Shown here: positions 18,220-27,751 of the stretch, piece after piece | Position numbering within the stretch: the stretch's first letter is position 1 | Layout of the letters: the number at the start of each line of letters is the position of its first letter | Source: Candidatus Electronema halotolerans | GTDB lineage: Bacteria; Desulfobacterota; Desulfobulbia; Desulfobulbales; Desulfobulbaceae | Assembly (NCBI GenBank): GCA_942493095.1 | Contig: OW818675.1 | Span: forward strand, 450,001 to 482,000 | Direction: 5' to 3' | Length of the DNA stretch: 32,000 nt | Program-made: the position numbers and the translations under genes | The notes under the pieces: model-generated | Seen by the model: only the letters and a program-made list of their open reading frames with translations | Databases searched by the model: none | Told to the model about the DNA's origin: nothing

Positions 18220-18615
18220 TCAGGAAAAGCAGGAGCAGTCGGCATACTGCTCCAGACCGACGTGATGCTCGGCGCGCATCCTTGCTCTGCCGGGCAGAAA
18301 TTGCTGGACAAAGGTCTGCCAGTTTTCCGGCGCGTCAACGATGCTGAAGCCGACATCCATGAGAAAGCCGTTTTTTTTCCGCCAGCGGGGGGAAACCTTG
18401 AGCTTGTAGCAAGGACAGTCCGGCCCGCCGGAGAGCACCACGCTGTACTGCTTTCCCTCCACTGCGAATTTATCCGGCAGATCATTGAGCCGCAGGCCGT
18501 CAAAGGAAATATCCTCGACAATTCCGCCATAAATAAAATGTCCGTCAGCAATGTCAGCAATGAATCCTTTCAATTTCAACCGCACCTGTTTTCTTTTCTC
18601 AACCGCCTCTTCCAT
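18220..18615 (-). CDS. PilZ domain protein
   Basis: EKRKQVRLKLKGFIADIADG...GGIVEDISFDGLRL matches the RxxxR...[DN]hSxxG-type PilZ pattern. Confidence 0.6.
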   Translation of the reverse strand: MEEAVEKRKQVRLKLKGFIADIADGHFIYGGIVEDISFDGLRLNDLPDKFAVEGKQYSVVLSGGPDCPCYKLKVSPRWRKKNGFLMDVGFSIVDAPENWQTFVQQFLPGRARMRAEHHVGLEQYADCSCFS

Positions 18616-18681
18616 CAGCCGCTCCTCCTCGCGTCCTCTCTGACCTGTTTCTTCCCGCTGAAACAGCGGGCCTCTCCTGGC

Positions 18682-19410
18682 TCACATAAGTTCTGCAAAA
18701 TCATCAATTGATGGATATTGTTTCGCATAAACGACAGTTTTCCTGCTGCTGGCCTTGGCAATGTGAATCAGCCAAGCAATGCCGAAATCATCCGCCGCCC
18801 GCAGCACCTTTTCCGTGTCATCGGCAAACAGGGACCGCTGCGGGGCAAAACCGAGCATGTCCTGCAAACGAGTCCAGAACTGTGGCTCCTCTTTGGCAAA
18901 GCCGACCTCATCAGCGCAGATCATTCGGTCAAACCAGCCCCTAATATCCGCTTTGTTGAGCTTGATGTCCAACGTCTGCGGATGGGCATTGGTGACTAAA
19001 TACAGCCGCTTGTCCAGCCTGCGGCAGAAGGCGAGAAAGTCAGGGACATGCGGATGCACAGCGATCAGATGGCTGATGCGCAGCTTCAGCTCTGGGATGT
19101 CCATCTGCAATTCACGCGACCAATGGGCAATATCTGACCACTGGAGCGAGTTTTCCGCCTGCCGGTAGCGCGCCTTCAGCTCTTGGGCCGCCTGCGCCAT
19201 AGGCATGTCGTGCAGCAGGCTGTAATGCTCCGGCAGATAGACCTCCCAGAAGTAGTCATCAAAATGCTTGTCCAAGAGGGTGCCGTCCATGTCAAGCATG
19301 ACCGTGTCAACAGCGTCCCAATCGATCCGTGCGGCTATCTTCCTGCAAGTCTGCATAATTAAGATTATATCCAGTCCTGTCCGCTTTTCATAGAGTTTTG
19401 TTGCGCCCAA
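18682..19410 (-). CDS. HAD-family hydrolase (YrfG-like nucleotidase)
   Basis: IDWDAVDTVMLDMDGTLLDKHFDDYFWEVYLPEHY, LYLVTNAHPQTLDIKL, SLFADDTEKVLRAADDFGI. True start may be internal. Confidence 0.8.
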   Translation of the reverse strand: MGATKLYEKRTGLDIILIMQTCRKIAARIDWDAVDTVMLDMDGTLLDKHFDDYFWEVYLPEHYSLLHDMPMAQAAQELKARYRQAENSLQWSDIAHWSRELQMDIPELKLRISHLIAVHPHVPDFLAFCRRLDKRLYLVTNAHPQTLDIKLNKADIRGWFDRMICADEVGFAKEEPQFWTRLQDMLGFAPQRSLFADDTEKVLRAADDFGIAWLIHIAKASSRKTVVYAKQYPSIDDFAELM

Positions 19411-19542
19411 GCTGACGGACTGTGAAGCATCAAGAGTGTTCTTGACAATGTGGCCCAGATGTTCATCGGCCAGACAGGCTGGTCAACCGAAACCGCCAAC
19501 CTTGGGCCTTGCTCAGACCGCAGCCTGCTGACCGGCGCGGCA

Positions 19543-19899
19543 TCAGTGCTTGATGCCGGAAATCACCCCAGGATTCTTGAGTTTGTTCGGCACCGAGCCT
19601 TTCAGCCAGCAGAGCGGGCTGGCATTGTCGCGGCGCGGCATCTGCTCGTGCGGCTTGACAAAGGCAAAGGCGCGGCAGGTGGAATCTTTGACGCAGGCAT
19701 CCATGCAGCTGCCGATATCGCTGACTGGAAAGCCGGGCTGCAAGTCGCCGCCAACCAAGTCGGTGTTGTATTCAATGGTGAAAACCGGCCCCACTGGTCC
19801 GCTTGGCTGCGGGACAACAGCAGCAGGCGGCGCTTGGGCATGGGCGGCGGTGGAAAACAGGGCGGCGGTCACAGCCGCCAAAAAAAGAACAGGTTTCAT
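19543..19899 (-). CDS. Secreted single PAN/Apple-like domain protein
   Basis: Signal peptide MKPVLFLAAVTAALFSTAAHAQA. EYNTDLVGGDLQPGFPVSDIGSCMDACVKDSTCRAFAFVKP...CWLKGSVPN has PAN-like Cys spacing. Confidence 0.7.
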   Translation of the reverse strand: MKPVLFLAAVTAALFSTAAHAQAPPAAVVPQPSGPVGPVFTIEYNTDLVGGDLQPGFPVSDIGSCMDACVKDSTCRAFAFVKPHEQMPRRDNASPLCWLKGSVPNKLKNPGVISGIKH

Positions 19900-20025
19900 G
19901 ATTCACTCCAATGGCGTTAAATTGACGTTTTTATCTTCTTCCGCATCTTGCCTTAGCAGGCAACGTCAATAAAACCTTTGCACCAAGGCTTTGTCAAACA
20001 AAAAAAGCTGACCGCTTGCAATCAA

Positions 20026-21543
20026 TCACTCTTTCATCACCATCACCAAGCTGCCGCAGATATTGCCGCAGCCTTCCTCCTGCGCTGCCGCAGCCTGCTC
20101 CTTGCGCAGCTCATTGACAGCCGCTGTCATCAGGGCCAAATAAACCCAGAGCGTGGTTGTGTTGTACTCAAAATCAACCAAGCCCTGAATGCAGATGACC
20201 AAGACCCCGCCGCTCATTGCGCTGACCAAGATTTCCAGCGGCGTTTTCTGGCGCAGCAAAGCTGGAACAATGCCTCTGAGCAGATAGAGGGTCAGCCAGA
20301 GCATGAAGAGCAGGCCGATCAGCCCGAATTCAAACCAGACGGAAAAATAAATGCTGTGCGCATGAGGCGCCCGCATCTCCCGTTTCAGATTGCCAATCCC
20401 CAGCCCTTGGAGCGGCACCTCGCTGTAGGCGCGGAAACTTTTGAGCCAGAGCCGTCTCCGGCTGTGCTGCTTGTTGTCAATCTCCGGGTCAATGGCATCG
20501 CCGGATTCAACCACCTTGATGCCCAGCGAGAAAAGCCGGGGCGAAAAATTTTTCTGAATGATCAGGGAAACCGCAATGTTCTGGGCCGTATAGATAGTGA
20601 TGATCAGCAGTGAAAAAACAACCAGCCAGCGGAACAGCCAACGCCGCAGCCTGTTGAGCAGGAAAAACATGGTCACGCCGACAATCAGCAAGGCCCCAAA
20701 ACCGGCCCGGCTTTCCGTGCGCAGGGTGACAAACATGAGCAGGAAGAGCAGGCCGAAGAGCAGGACATTCTGCCGCTTGGATTTGCTGGTCAGGAGCAGG
20801 CCGAGCAGCACTGGACAGGTCATGTTCATCAGCACCGAGGTTTCGTGGTTGTCCTGAAGCCCGGAGGCAACTTGGGGCCAGCCAGAGGGCTGAAGCCAGC
20901 TGGCAAAAAAATGAAAGCCGGTGACAAGGCCGGGCAGAATTTCTTTGCTGATCAATTGGTAATCAAAGAAAAACGAGGCCAAAGCAAAGGCCCCTTGAAA
21001 GGCGATGGACAGCGACCAGAGCCAGAGTGCCAGTCGCAGCTTGGCCGCATCGCTGATCAGGGCGGTGAGGATGAAGTAAAGCTGAACATTGGTGAGCAGA
21101 ATCAGAAACTGAAACAGACTGTGCTGCCAGCTCTCTGACCAGCACACGGTCAGCCCGGCATAGATGGTCAGGACCAGTATGGGAAAACCGAGCGGATTGC
21201 GGCCAAACTCTTTCATAAAGCGGCCCCACCGGTTCAATGTCAGGCCGAGCCAAGTCAGGAGGATGAGCGGCATGGAAACAGAAAAGGCATCAATGTAATT
21301 CATGCCAGTGATGAAATTCCACTGCTCTTTAAAGGCCGCATAGCAGACAAAAGAGGTTACTGGCGCGGTGAAGAGCAGGAGATTCATGCCTGCTGCCGGT
21401 TTGAGAAGGACAAGGCCGGTCAGCAGGAGCAGAGCATTGACAAGGAGAAAATAGAACCAGTGCGCTTGAATGGCAAGCAGGGAGAGCAGGAGGATGAGAG
21501 GCAGCAGCACCAGCAACAGTGCTGCTCTGAGCGCAGGAGGCAT
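20026..21543 (-). CDS. O-antigen ligase-like / Wzy_C membrane protein
   Basis: Polytopic; LRTESRAGFGALL and LQGLGIGNLKREMRAPHAHSIYFSVWFEFGLIGLLFML are typical of the O-antigen ligase family. Confidence 0.75.
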   Translation of the reverse strand: MPPALRAALLLVLLPLILLLSLLAIQAHWFYFLLVNALLLLTGLVLLKPAAGMNLLLFTAPVTSFVCYAAFKEQWNFITGMNYIDAFSVSMPLILLTWLGLTLNRWGRFMKEFGRNPLGFPILVLTIYAGLTVCWSESWQHSLFQFLILLTNVQLYFILTALISDAAKLRLALWLWSLSIAFQGAFALASFFFDYQLISKEILPGLVTGFHFFASWLQPSGWPQVASGLQDNHETSVLMNMTCPVLLGLLLTSKSKRQNVLLFGLLFLLMFVTLRTESRAGFGALLIVGVTMFFLLNRLRRWLFRWLVVFSLLIITIYTAQNIAVSLIIQKNFSPRLFSLGIKVVESGDAIDPEIDNKQHSRRRLWLKSFRAYSEVPLQGLGIGNLKREMRAPHAHSIYFSVWFEFGLIGLLFMLWLTLYLLRGIVPALLRQKTPLEILVSAMSGGVLVICIQGLVDFEYNTTTLWVYLALMTAAVNELRKEQAAAAQEEGCGNICGSLVMVMKE

Positions 21544-21621
21544 GGTTCAGGGAAGCAGGCCGGGGCAGGTCTTTGCAAGCTGAGGACTGCCAAGCATCAG
21601 TTCTTCAGAAAATATCAAGAG

Positions 21622-22701
21622 TCACCTCAACTTCAAGGTGGCCAAGGCCATCAGGCCAAGAATAATTGAAATAATCCAGAAACGCACCACCACTTTCGGC
21701 TCTGTCCAGCCCTTCTGTTCAAAATGATGATGAAACGGCGACATGAGGAAAACCCGCTTGCCGCCGCTGGCCTTGAAATAGAGCACCTGAATGATCACGG
21801 ACAGGGCCTCCATGACGAAAATTCCGCCGACTATGGCAAGCAGGATTTCCTGTTTGATGATGATTGCCACCGTGCCGAGCGCGCCGCCCAAGGCTAAGGA
21901 GCCGACATCGCCCATGAACACTTGGGCCGGATACGTGTTGTACCAGAGAAAGCCGAGACAGGCCCCAGCCACGGCGGCACAGAAGACCGCCACTTCGTCC
22001 GCGCCGACAACATGGGGAATTTGCAGATAATGGGCCACTGCCGCATTGCCGACCGCATAAGCGAAAATCAGATACACTGAGGAGGCGATCATCATCGGCC
22101 CGGCAGCAAGGCCGTCCAAGCCGTCAGTGAGGTTGACCGCATTCGACGCGCCGACAATCACGGCCACAGCAAAGGGCAAATACCACCAGCCTATGTCAGG
22201 CTGCACCCCTTTGAGGAAGGGCAGACTCAGGCCGCCGTCATAAGCTGGATGCAGATGCAGATAGAGGCCGACCAGCAAACCGCCGCTGATTTGCAGCAGC
22301 AGCTTGCATCGCGCTGACAGCCCCTTGCTGCTGCTCCTTGTCACCTTGCGCCAGTCATCGACCATGCCGATCAGGCCGTAAAACAGGGTCAGGAGCAGGC
22401 AGACCCAGACCAGCTCATTGCGTAAATTGGCCCAGAGCAGGGTGGCTACAGCAATGGCGACCAGCATCAGCAGGCCGCCCATTGTCGGCACCCCGCGCTT
22501 GCTGAAATGGCTTTCCGGGCCGTCATCGCGCACCACTTGGCCGATCTGGCGGCTTTTCAGCCAGCGGATGAAGACTGGTTCAAAAAGGAAAAGAATGAGA
22601 AAGGCGGTCAGCGCGCTGCCGATGGAGCGGAAGGTCACGTAGCGGAACACATTGAAAGCACTGTGGTATTCATGCAGCGGGTAGATGAGATTGTAAAACA
22701 T
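21622..22701 (-). CDS. mraY: Phospho-N-acetylmuramoyl-pentapeptide-transferase
   Basis: [82 protein letters not shown]. Confidence 0.97.
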   Translation of the reverse strand: [359 protein letters not shown]

Positions 22702-22704
22702 GCC

Positions 22705-25700
22705 TCAGCAGCCCCCTTTGTTCAGCTTGGCCTGCACAATTTCCAGCACCTTTTCCATCCGCATCCCCCGTGAGCCTTTGAGCAGGAGCCAGTCGCCTGC
22801 CGTGATATGGTTCATGTCGATTTCATTGAGCAGCCAAGCCGCCATTGCCGCAGTGTCAGGAAACACCTGCGTCATCTTGTCCGGCATTCCGCCTTGTCTT
22901 GCCCCTTCAGCAACTTGTTCCGCAAACGTGCCGGTTGCTGCTGCGTGCGCATAACCGAGCTGCGCGGCCTCCCGGCCAAGCTGCTCATGCGCTGCGGCTG
23001 AGGACTCACCCAATTCCAGCATGTCGCCGAGCAGGGCGATATGTTTGCAATTCTTGCCAAAGCCGCGCAAGGTCTTCAGAGCCGCCAACATGGAGCCGGG
23101 ATTGGCATTGTAGCAGTCGTTCAAGACATTGATGCCGTTGGGCAGGGTGACAAGCTGCATCCGCTTGTCCGCACTGCTCTGATAGGCCCGCAGCGTGTCA
23201 GCAATGGTTTCCGGTGCAATGCCAGCCGCATGAGCAATTGCCGCAGCCGCGCAGCAGTTGCTGACGCTGTGCAGGCCGGGCAAAGCAATCTCAACTTCTT
23301 GCTCCCAATCACATATACACAAGTTGAAGCGCATTCCTTTCTCACCGAGATCAGCAATGTTGACCGCGCTGACTTCCGGCGTGCGGCTGAGTCCTGCCGA
23401 CGTGACAGCAAAGCCGATCACCCGCGCTGAATTGGTCGGCAGCTTGCGCACCTGCGGATCATCCAAATTGACCACGCTGACCGTGTCCGCCCGCAGCCCG
23501 GCGAACAGCTCGCCCTTGGCCTTGGCAACGCCCTCAATGCTGCCCAAGCCCTCCAGATGCGCGGCCTGAACGTTGGTGATGCAGGCAATGTCAGGATCAG
23601 CCGCTGCACCAAGGCGGGCAATCTCGCCAGGATGATTCATGCCCATTTCCAGCACTGCCGCCTTGTGCCCGGCAGCCATTGGCAGCAAAGAGAGCGGCAT
23701 TCCAACCAGATTGTTGAAATTGCCCTGCGTCTTCAGAACCGGGTTGATGCCGGTGTTCGCCTCAGCAAAATGGCGGCTGAAAAGTGCCGCAACCAGTTCC
23801 TTGACCGTGGTCTTGCCGCTGCTGCCAGTGACGGCAGCCACGGTCAGCCTCTTGCCCAGCAGCCTGCGGCGATAGGCGGCCAAATCAAGCAGAGCTTGCA
23901 GCGTGTCAGTCACCCGGATAAGCACGGTTCCGGCAGACACCTGCATCTCACGCTGGACAATGACTGCTGCTGCTCCGGCCTCAATTGCCGTCTGCACATA
24001 GTCATGGCCGTCAAATTTCTCTCCGGCCAAAGCAACGAAAATGTCACCACGCTGCAACGTGCGCGTATCTATGGAAACGTTGCCAAACGTATGGGTAGGG
24101 GCAGGCCCCCGTGTCTGCCCTCCTGTTGCCCGAACCAAATGCCCAAAATTCCAGCGCAGCAAACCATTGACCGCCTCAATCCGATCATCAAAAAAATGCC
24201 GCTCCGCACCGATAATCTGATAATCCTCATGCCCTTTGCCTGCAATGAGAACGATGTCCTCCGGCCCGGCCAAGGCGCAGGCCGTATGAATGGCGGTTCT
24301 CCGGTCAGATATGCAGACAAAGCCTTTGGCAGATGCCAGCTCATCCGGCGTAAGCTCGGCCAGCCCAGCGGCCCGACATCCTGCCGCAACCTCGCTGATA
24401 ATGGTCTCCGGGTCTTCTGAGCGGGGATTGTCCGAAGTGACAAGGCTGAGGTCAGCAAATTTCGCCGCAACTGCCGCCATCTGAGGCCGCTTGCCCTTGT
24501 CGCGGTCGCCGCCGCAGCCAAAGACGCAGAACAGCCGCCCTTTAGTCAGCGGACGCAGGGTTTGCAGCACATTCTCAAGAGCATCCGGGCTGTGGGCGTA
24601 ATCGACCAGCACACAAGGCTGTTCCTCTTCGGCCAAGCCGGGTAGCTGCACCCGTTCCAAGCGGCCTGGCACCTGCCTGTCCTGCGCCAAACCAGAGACA
24701 ATCTGATCCGGCGGCAAGCTCAAGGCCAATCCTGCTCCGGCGGCGGCAAGGATGTTGAGGACGTTGTGCCGCCCGGTCAGGCAGGAACGGAATGGCAATG
24801 ATTTTCCGTTGACGCTGAGATTGCAGGAGAAGCCTCGGATGTCCTGCTGCAAATCTGTCGCAGAGACACGGTTTGCCTTTGCCGTGTCAAGACCGCAGGT
24901 GAATTGGGCCAGATCAGGCCGTTCCGCCGCCAGCTCGTGAAAAAGTTGACGGCCCCAGTCCTGCTCCGTGACGATCACCGCCTTGCCGTTCTCCTTGAGA
25001 TAGCGAGTGAAAAGCAGCTTTTTGGCCGCGAAATACGCCGCCATCGTGCCGTGAAAATCGAGATGGTCGCGGGTCAAATTGGTGAACAGGCCGACATCAA
25101 AGCGCAGCCCGGCCAATCGCCTTTGCTCCAAAGCATGAGAGGAAGTCTCCATTACCACGTGGGTCACGCCTGCATCAGCCATTACCCGCAGCATTTTTTG
25201 GAGCTGCACCGGCCCCGGCGTGGTCAGCGGCGCCTTCTCGGCAATCACCCTGCCAGCGCGATCTGTCCAGCGGTAGTTCACTGTGCCGATCACTCCGACC
25301 TGACAGCCGCTGGCAGCCAGCATCTGCTCGATCAGCCACGAAATCGTGGTCTTGCCATTAGTGCCGGTCAGGCCGATCAAGTTCATGTTTTGGGTTGGGA
25401 AGTCATGCAGAGCCGCAGCCAGCCAGCCCAAGGCGGCATGACTGTCCTTGACCTGGACCACTGCTGTGCCTTCCAGCGGGCCGGGATCATTTTCAACCAC
25501 GACGCAGGAGCAGTCTTGCTCCACAACTTGGCGGACAAAATCATGGCCGTCCGCCTTGCTGCCCTTGACCGCAACAAAGATGCTCTCCGGCCCAGCCTCA
25601 CGGGAGTCGCAGGTGATATGGCAGATTGGGCCTTCTGTTGCTCCATGCAGCACCTGCGCTGCCAGCTCTTCCGGCAGAGCGCGGAGCAGTTGATGCAATT

Positions 25701-25707
25701 CAATCAT
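22705..25707 (-). CDS. Fused UDP-MurNAc-tripeptide synthetase / UDP-MurNAc-tripeptide:D-Ala-D-Ala ligase (MurE-MurF)
   Basis: Uninterrupted 1000-aa ORF. N-half: LTGTNGKTTISWLIEQ, TNLTRDHLDFHGTM, VLVDYAHSPDALENVL, TSDNPRSEDPETII (MurE). C-half: AVTGSSGKTTVKELVAALF, QGNFNNLVGMPLSLL, LEMGMNHPGEIARL, NDCYNANPGSMLAAL (MurF). Confidence 0.95.
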   Translation of the reverse strand: MIELHQLLRALPEELAAQVLHGATEGPICHITCDSREAGPESIFVAVKGSKADGHDFVRQVVEQDCSCVVVENDPGPLEGTAVVQVKDSHAALGWLAAALHDFPTQNMNLIGLTGTNGKTTISWLIEQMLAASGCQVGVIGTVNYRWTDRAGRVIAEKAPLTTPGPVQLQKMLRVMADAGVTHVVMETSSHALEQRRLAGLRFDVGLFTNLTRDHLDFHGTMAAYFAAKKLLFTRYLKENGKAVIVTEQDWGRQLFHELAAERPDLAQFTCGLDTAKANRVSATDLQQDIRGFSCNLSVNGKSLPFRSCLTGRHNVLNILAAAGAGLALSLPPDQIVSGLAQDRQVPGRLERVQLPGLAEEEQPCVLVDYAHSPDALENVLQTLRPLTKGRLFCVFGCGGDRDKGKRPQMAAVAAKFADLSLVTSDNPRSEDPETIISEVAAGCRAAGLAELTPDELASAKGFVCISDRRTAIHTACALAGPEDIVLIAGKGHEDYQIIGAERHFFDDRIEAVNGLLRWNFGHLVRATGGQTRGPAPTHTFGNVSIDTRTLQRGDIFVALAGEKFDGHDYVQTAIEAGAAAVIVQREMQVSAGTVLIRVTDTLQALLDLAAYRRRLLGKRLTVAAVTGSSGKTTVKELVAALFSRHFAEANTGINPVLKTQGNFNNLVGMPLSLLPMAAGHKAAVLEMGMNHPGEIARLGAAADPDIACITNVQAAHLEGLGSIEGVAKAKGELFAGLRADTVSVVNLDDPQVRKLPTNSARVIGFAVTSAGLSRTPEVSAVNIADLGEKGMRFNLCICDWEQEVEIALPGLHSVSNCCAAAAIAHAAGIAPETIADTLRAYQSSADKRMQLVTLPNGINVLNDCYNANPGSMLAALKTLRGFGKNCKHIALLGDMLELGESSAAAHEQLGREAAQLGYAHAAATGTFAEQVAEGARQGGMPDKMTQVFPDTAAMAAWLLNEIDMNHITAGDWLLLKGSRGMRMEKVLEIVQAKLNKGGC

Positions 25708-25813
25708 AATAATGCAGAGTTAAAGGGAAGAGGCGGCAGCGACTGGCCTGCCCGGAATCGGTGCAGTATATGCTGTTCGGCAGGGAAAAGGAAGGAAAAG
25801 CGGGCTGGACTAC

Positions 25814-26344
25814 TTACTTGAGTTGCAGAGGAATGCCACAGCAGACTAAGAAAACCTGATCAGCGCGGGCGGCGATGCTCTGGTTGCAGCGGCCTGCCAG
25901 GTCGCGGAAACGGCGGGCTGCCGGGTTGTCCGGGACAATGCCCAGCCCCACCTCGTTGGCAACCATGATGATTTGGCCCTGATGGCGGCGGCTGGCTGTG
26001 CCGAGCTGGTCCGCCAAAAAGGTCATCCGGTCTTCGGTGATTTCATCGCCGCCCTGCTCGGCCTCGTGCATCAGGTTGCTGATCCACAAGGTCAGACAGT
26101 CGATGAGCACGGTTTCCCCGTCAGGCCGACAGGACAGCACCTCGGCCAGATGAAGCGGCTCCTCAATGGTTTGCCAGCCCCGGCCTTCCCGGTCGCGGCG
26201 GTGCCTGCGGACGCGGTCGTCCATTTCCGCATCCAAGTTGGGACAGGTGGCAAGAAAAAGCCGGGGCGCAGCAATGGCTTCAGCAAGCTGCTGGGCAAAG
26301 GCGGATTTGCCGGAGCGGCTGCCGCCGGTGACAAGAGTGAGCAT
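25814..26344 (-). CDS. cobU: Adenosylcobinamide kinase / adenosylcobinamide-phosphate guanylyltransferase
   Basis: MLTLVTGGSRSGKSAFAQQLAE, DCLTLWISNLM, ANEVGLGIVPDNPAARRFRDLAGRCNQSIAARADQVFLVCCGIPLQLK. Track start is 26371; 26344 gives the usual N-terminus. Confidence 0.92.
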   Translation of the reverse strand: MLTLVTGGSRSGKSAFAQQLAEAIAAPRLFLATCPNLDAEMDDRVRRHRRDREGRGWQTIEEPLHLAEVLSCRPDGETVLIDCLTLWISNLMHEAEQGGDEITEDRMTFLADQLGTASRRHQGQIIMVANEVGLGIVPDNPAARRFRDLAGRCNQSIAARADQVFLVCCGIPLQLK

Positions 26345-26360
26345 GTTGCATTGTTGTAAT

Positions 26361-27686
26361 TCACTGAACATATCGAGATAGATTCAATGCAATTCCTTTT
26401 TCATGAGCCTTTTTCAAAGCCTCTAAGCATTCATCTGTTGGAGCAACACATTCCCACGCGACCTCATCTTCATTGAGCAGCGATTTCCAGTTGTCATCGT
26501 TGTCACTGTCATCAAATGGATTGACATCTCCTTCTTTCAATCCAAATGTTCTATCAGCTATTTCCTTCTCAACGTATGCGTTCATCATTAAATAGCAAAA
26601 ACAACACTTGGGACATTTTCCGCACCAAGGTTTCACAAAGTTGCAAGAGTGCGTATAGGTAAGAAGGTTAGCATCGTGAGATATAATATCCTTATATATC
26701 TCAGTGTCATTCTTGTCTTGCAACGAACTGTTGAATCCTGAGAAAACAAAAGATGGAAACAGCCTGCTGAAGAGTTTTGAAATATATTTCCTGTATTCAG
26801 TGCTTTTACAATACTGGTGATTTATTGGTTCATGCAGCTCTATTCCGTCCTGCTCCGCATGTCTCCACCATTGCATTGTCCTGTCCGAAGTGCTTTCAAT
26901 ATTAAATAACACTTCGCTATAGCCATGATGGATAATCAAAGGAAAAAATCCTGCGTAATTAGCTGTATGCCCTACAAAAAAATCTATTTGCTCGCAGACT
27001 GCTTCGGGATTGATTCGCCGTAGTTCTGCCAATGATAAATGCGTGAAATCATCCTCAATAAAAACTTCAACTATGTCATTATGTGCTGCTATTTTGCTGG
27101 TCAGGCGGTCTAAAAGCTTCTTCTGAAGCTGAATGTCACCGCCTAATGGAAGATAGGCTTGGTATATATCGAAACACTCTTTATTTTTTGTTAATTCCAG
27201 CATGGAAAATAATGAATCTTTTCCCCCTCCGTTGGTAAGTAATTTTTTATCATACACCTCATCTGAGCTGGAAATTTTTTCTATAGAAAAATCATAAGCC
27301 TTATCAATGCAGTTGATTTTTGGGTAGTCTGCCGACGGGTATTGCATATTGGAAAAATAACGCCATTCCGCATAGGAATTTCTGAAAATTATATGCCATA
27401 CTTCTTTGACAAATTCCGGTACAGCATATTGCTCAGGCAGAGTTATCTTTTCTGCGCCGAGAGTGAAAAATCTCATGCTGTCAAACAAAATTATTGTTCC
27501 TGTCAGTATGTCAAATTGTTCAGCAGAACATTTCTGCTGAACTTCACTCCATTTCTGTATAGAAGAGTAGGAAATCTTAGACTTAAAAGTCAGATGCTTA
27601 ATTTTGTAATAAATAGAGATGGCGGCTGGAAAGTCTTCTTTTTCAACCTTCACTACGGTGATATCATACTTGCTTGCTGAAATCAT
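26361..27686 (-). CDS. PP-loop (adenine nucleotide alpha-hydrolase-like) ATPase superfamily protein, possibly MurL-like
   Basis: PP-loop-like TNGGGKDSLFSMLEL; cysteine cluster HSCNFVKPWCGKCPKCCFCYLMMNAYV; INHQYCKSTEYRKYISKLF. Strong SD (AAAGGAGACAGTC-ATG). Clearly AT-rich relative to neighbours. Confidence 0.6.
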   Translation of the reverse strand: MISASKYDITVVKVEKEDFPAAISIYYKIKHLTFKSKISYSSIQKWSEVQQKCSAEQFDILTGTIILFDSMRFFTLGAEKITLPEQYAVPEFVKEVWHIIFRNSYAEWRYFSNMQYPSADYPKINCIDKAYDFSIEKISSSDEVYDKKLLTNGGGKDSLFSMLELTKNKECFDIYQAYLPLGGDIQLQKKLLDRLTSKIAAHNDIVEVFIEDDFTHLSLAELRRINPEAVCEQIDFFVGHTANYAGFFPLIIHHGYSEVLFNIESTSDRTMQWWRHAEQDGIELHEPINHQYCKSTEYRKYISKLFSRLFPSFVFSGFNSSLQDKNDTEIYKDIISHDANLLTYTHSCNFVKPWCGKCPKCCFCYLMMNAYVEKEIADRTFGLKEGDVNPFDDSDNDDNWKSLLNEDEVAWECVAPTDECLEALKKAHEKGIALNLSRYVQ

Positions 27687-27751
27687 GACTGTCTCCTTTT
27701 TTTAGTTTCAGAGAAAAGCAACTAGTTGAATTGTTATCGCTTAATCGCTGT

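Noticed and set aside
19978-20613. 211-aa plus-strand ORF opposite the O-antigen-ligase-like gene
   Set aside because: Antisense shadow with His/Gln/Asp-rich composition and no motif.
20026-21543. FtsW, expected near mraY
   Set aside because: The motifs (RTESRAGFGAL, GIGN...PHAHSIYF) fit the O-antigen ligase/Wzy family, not SEDS proteins.
23557-24420. 287-aa plus-strand ORF opposite the MurE-MurF fusion
   Set aside because: Antisense shadow of a confidently identified gene.
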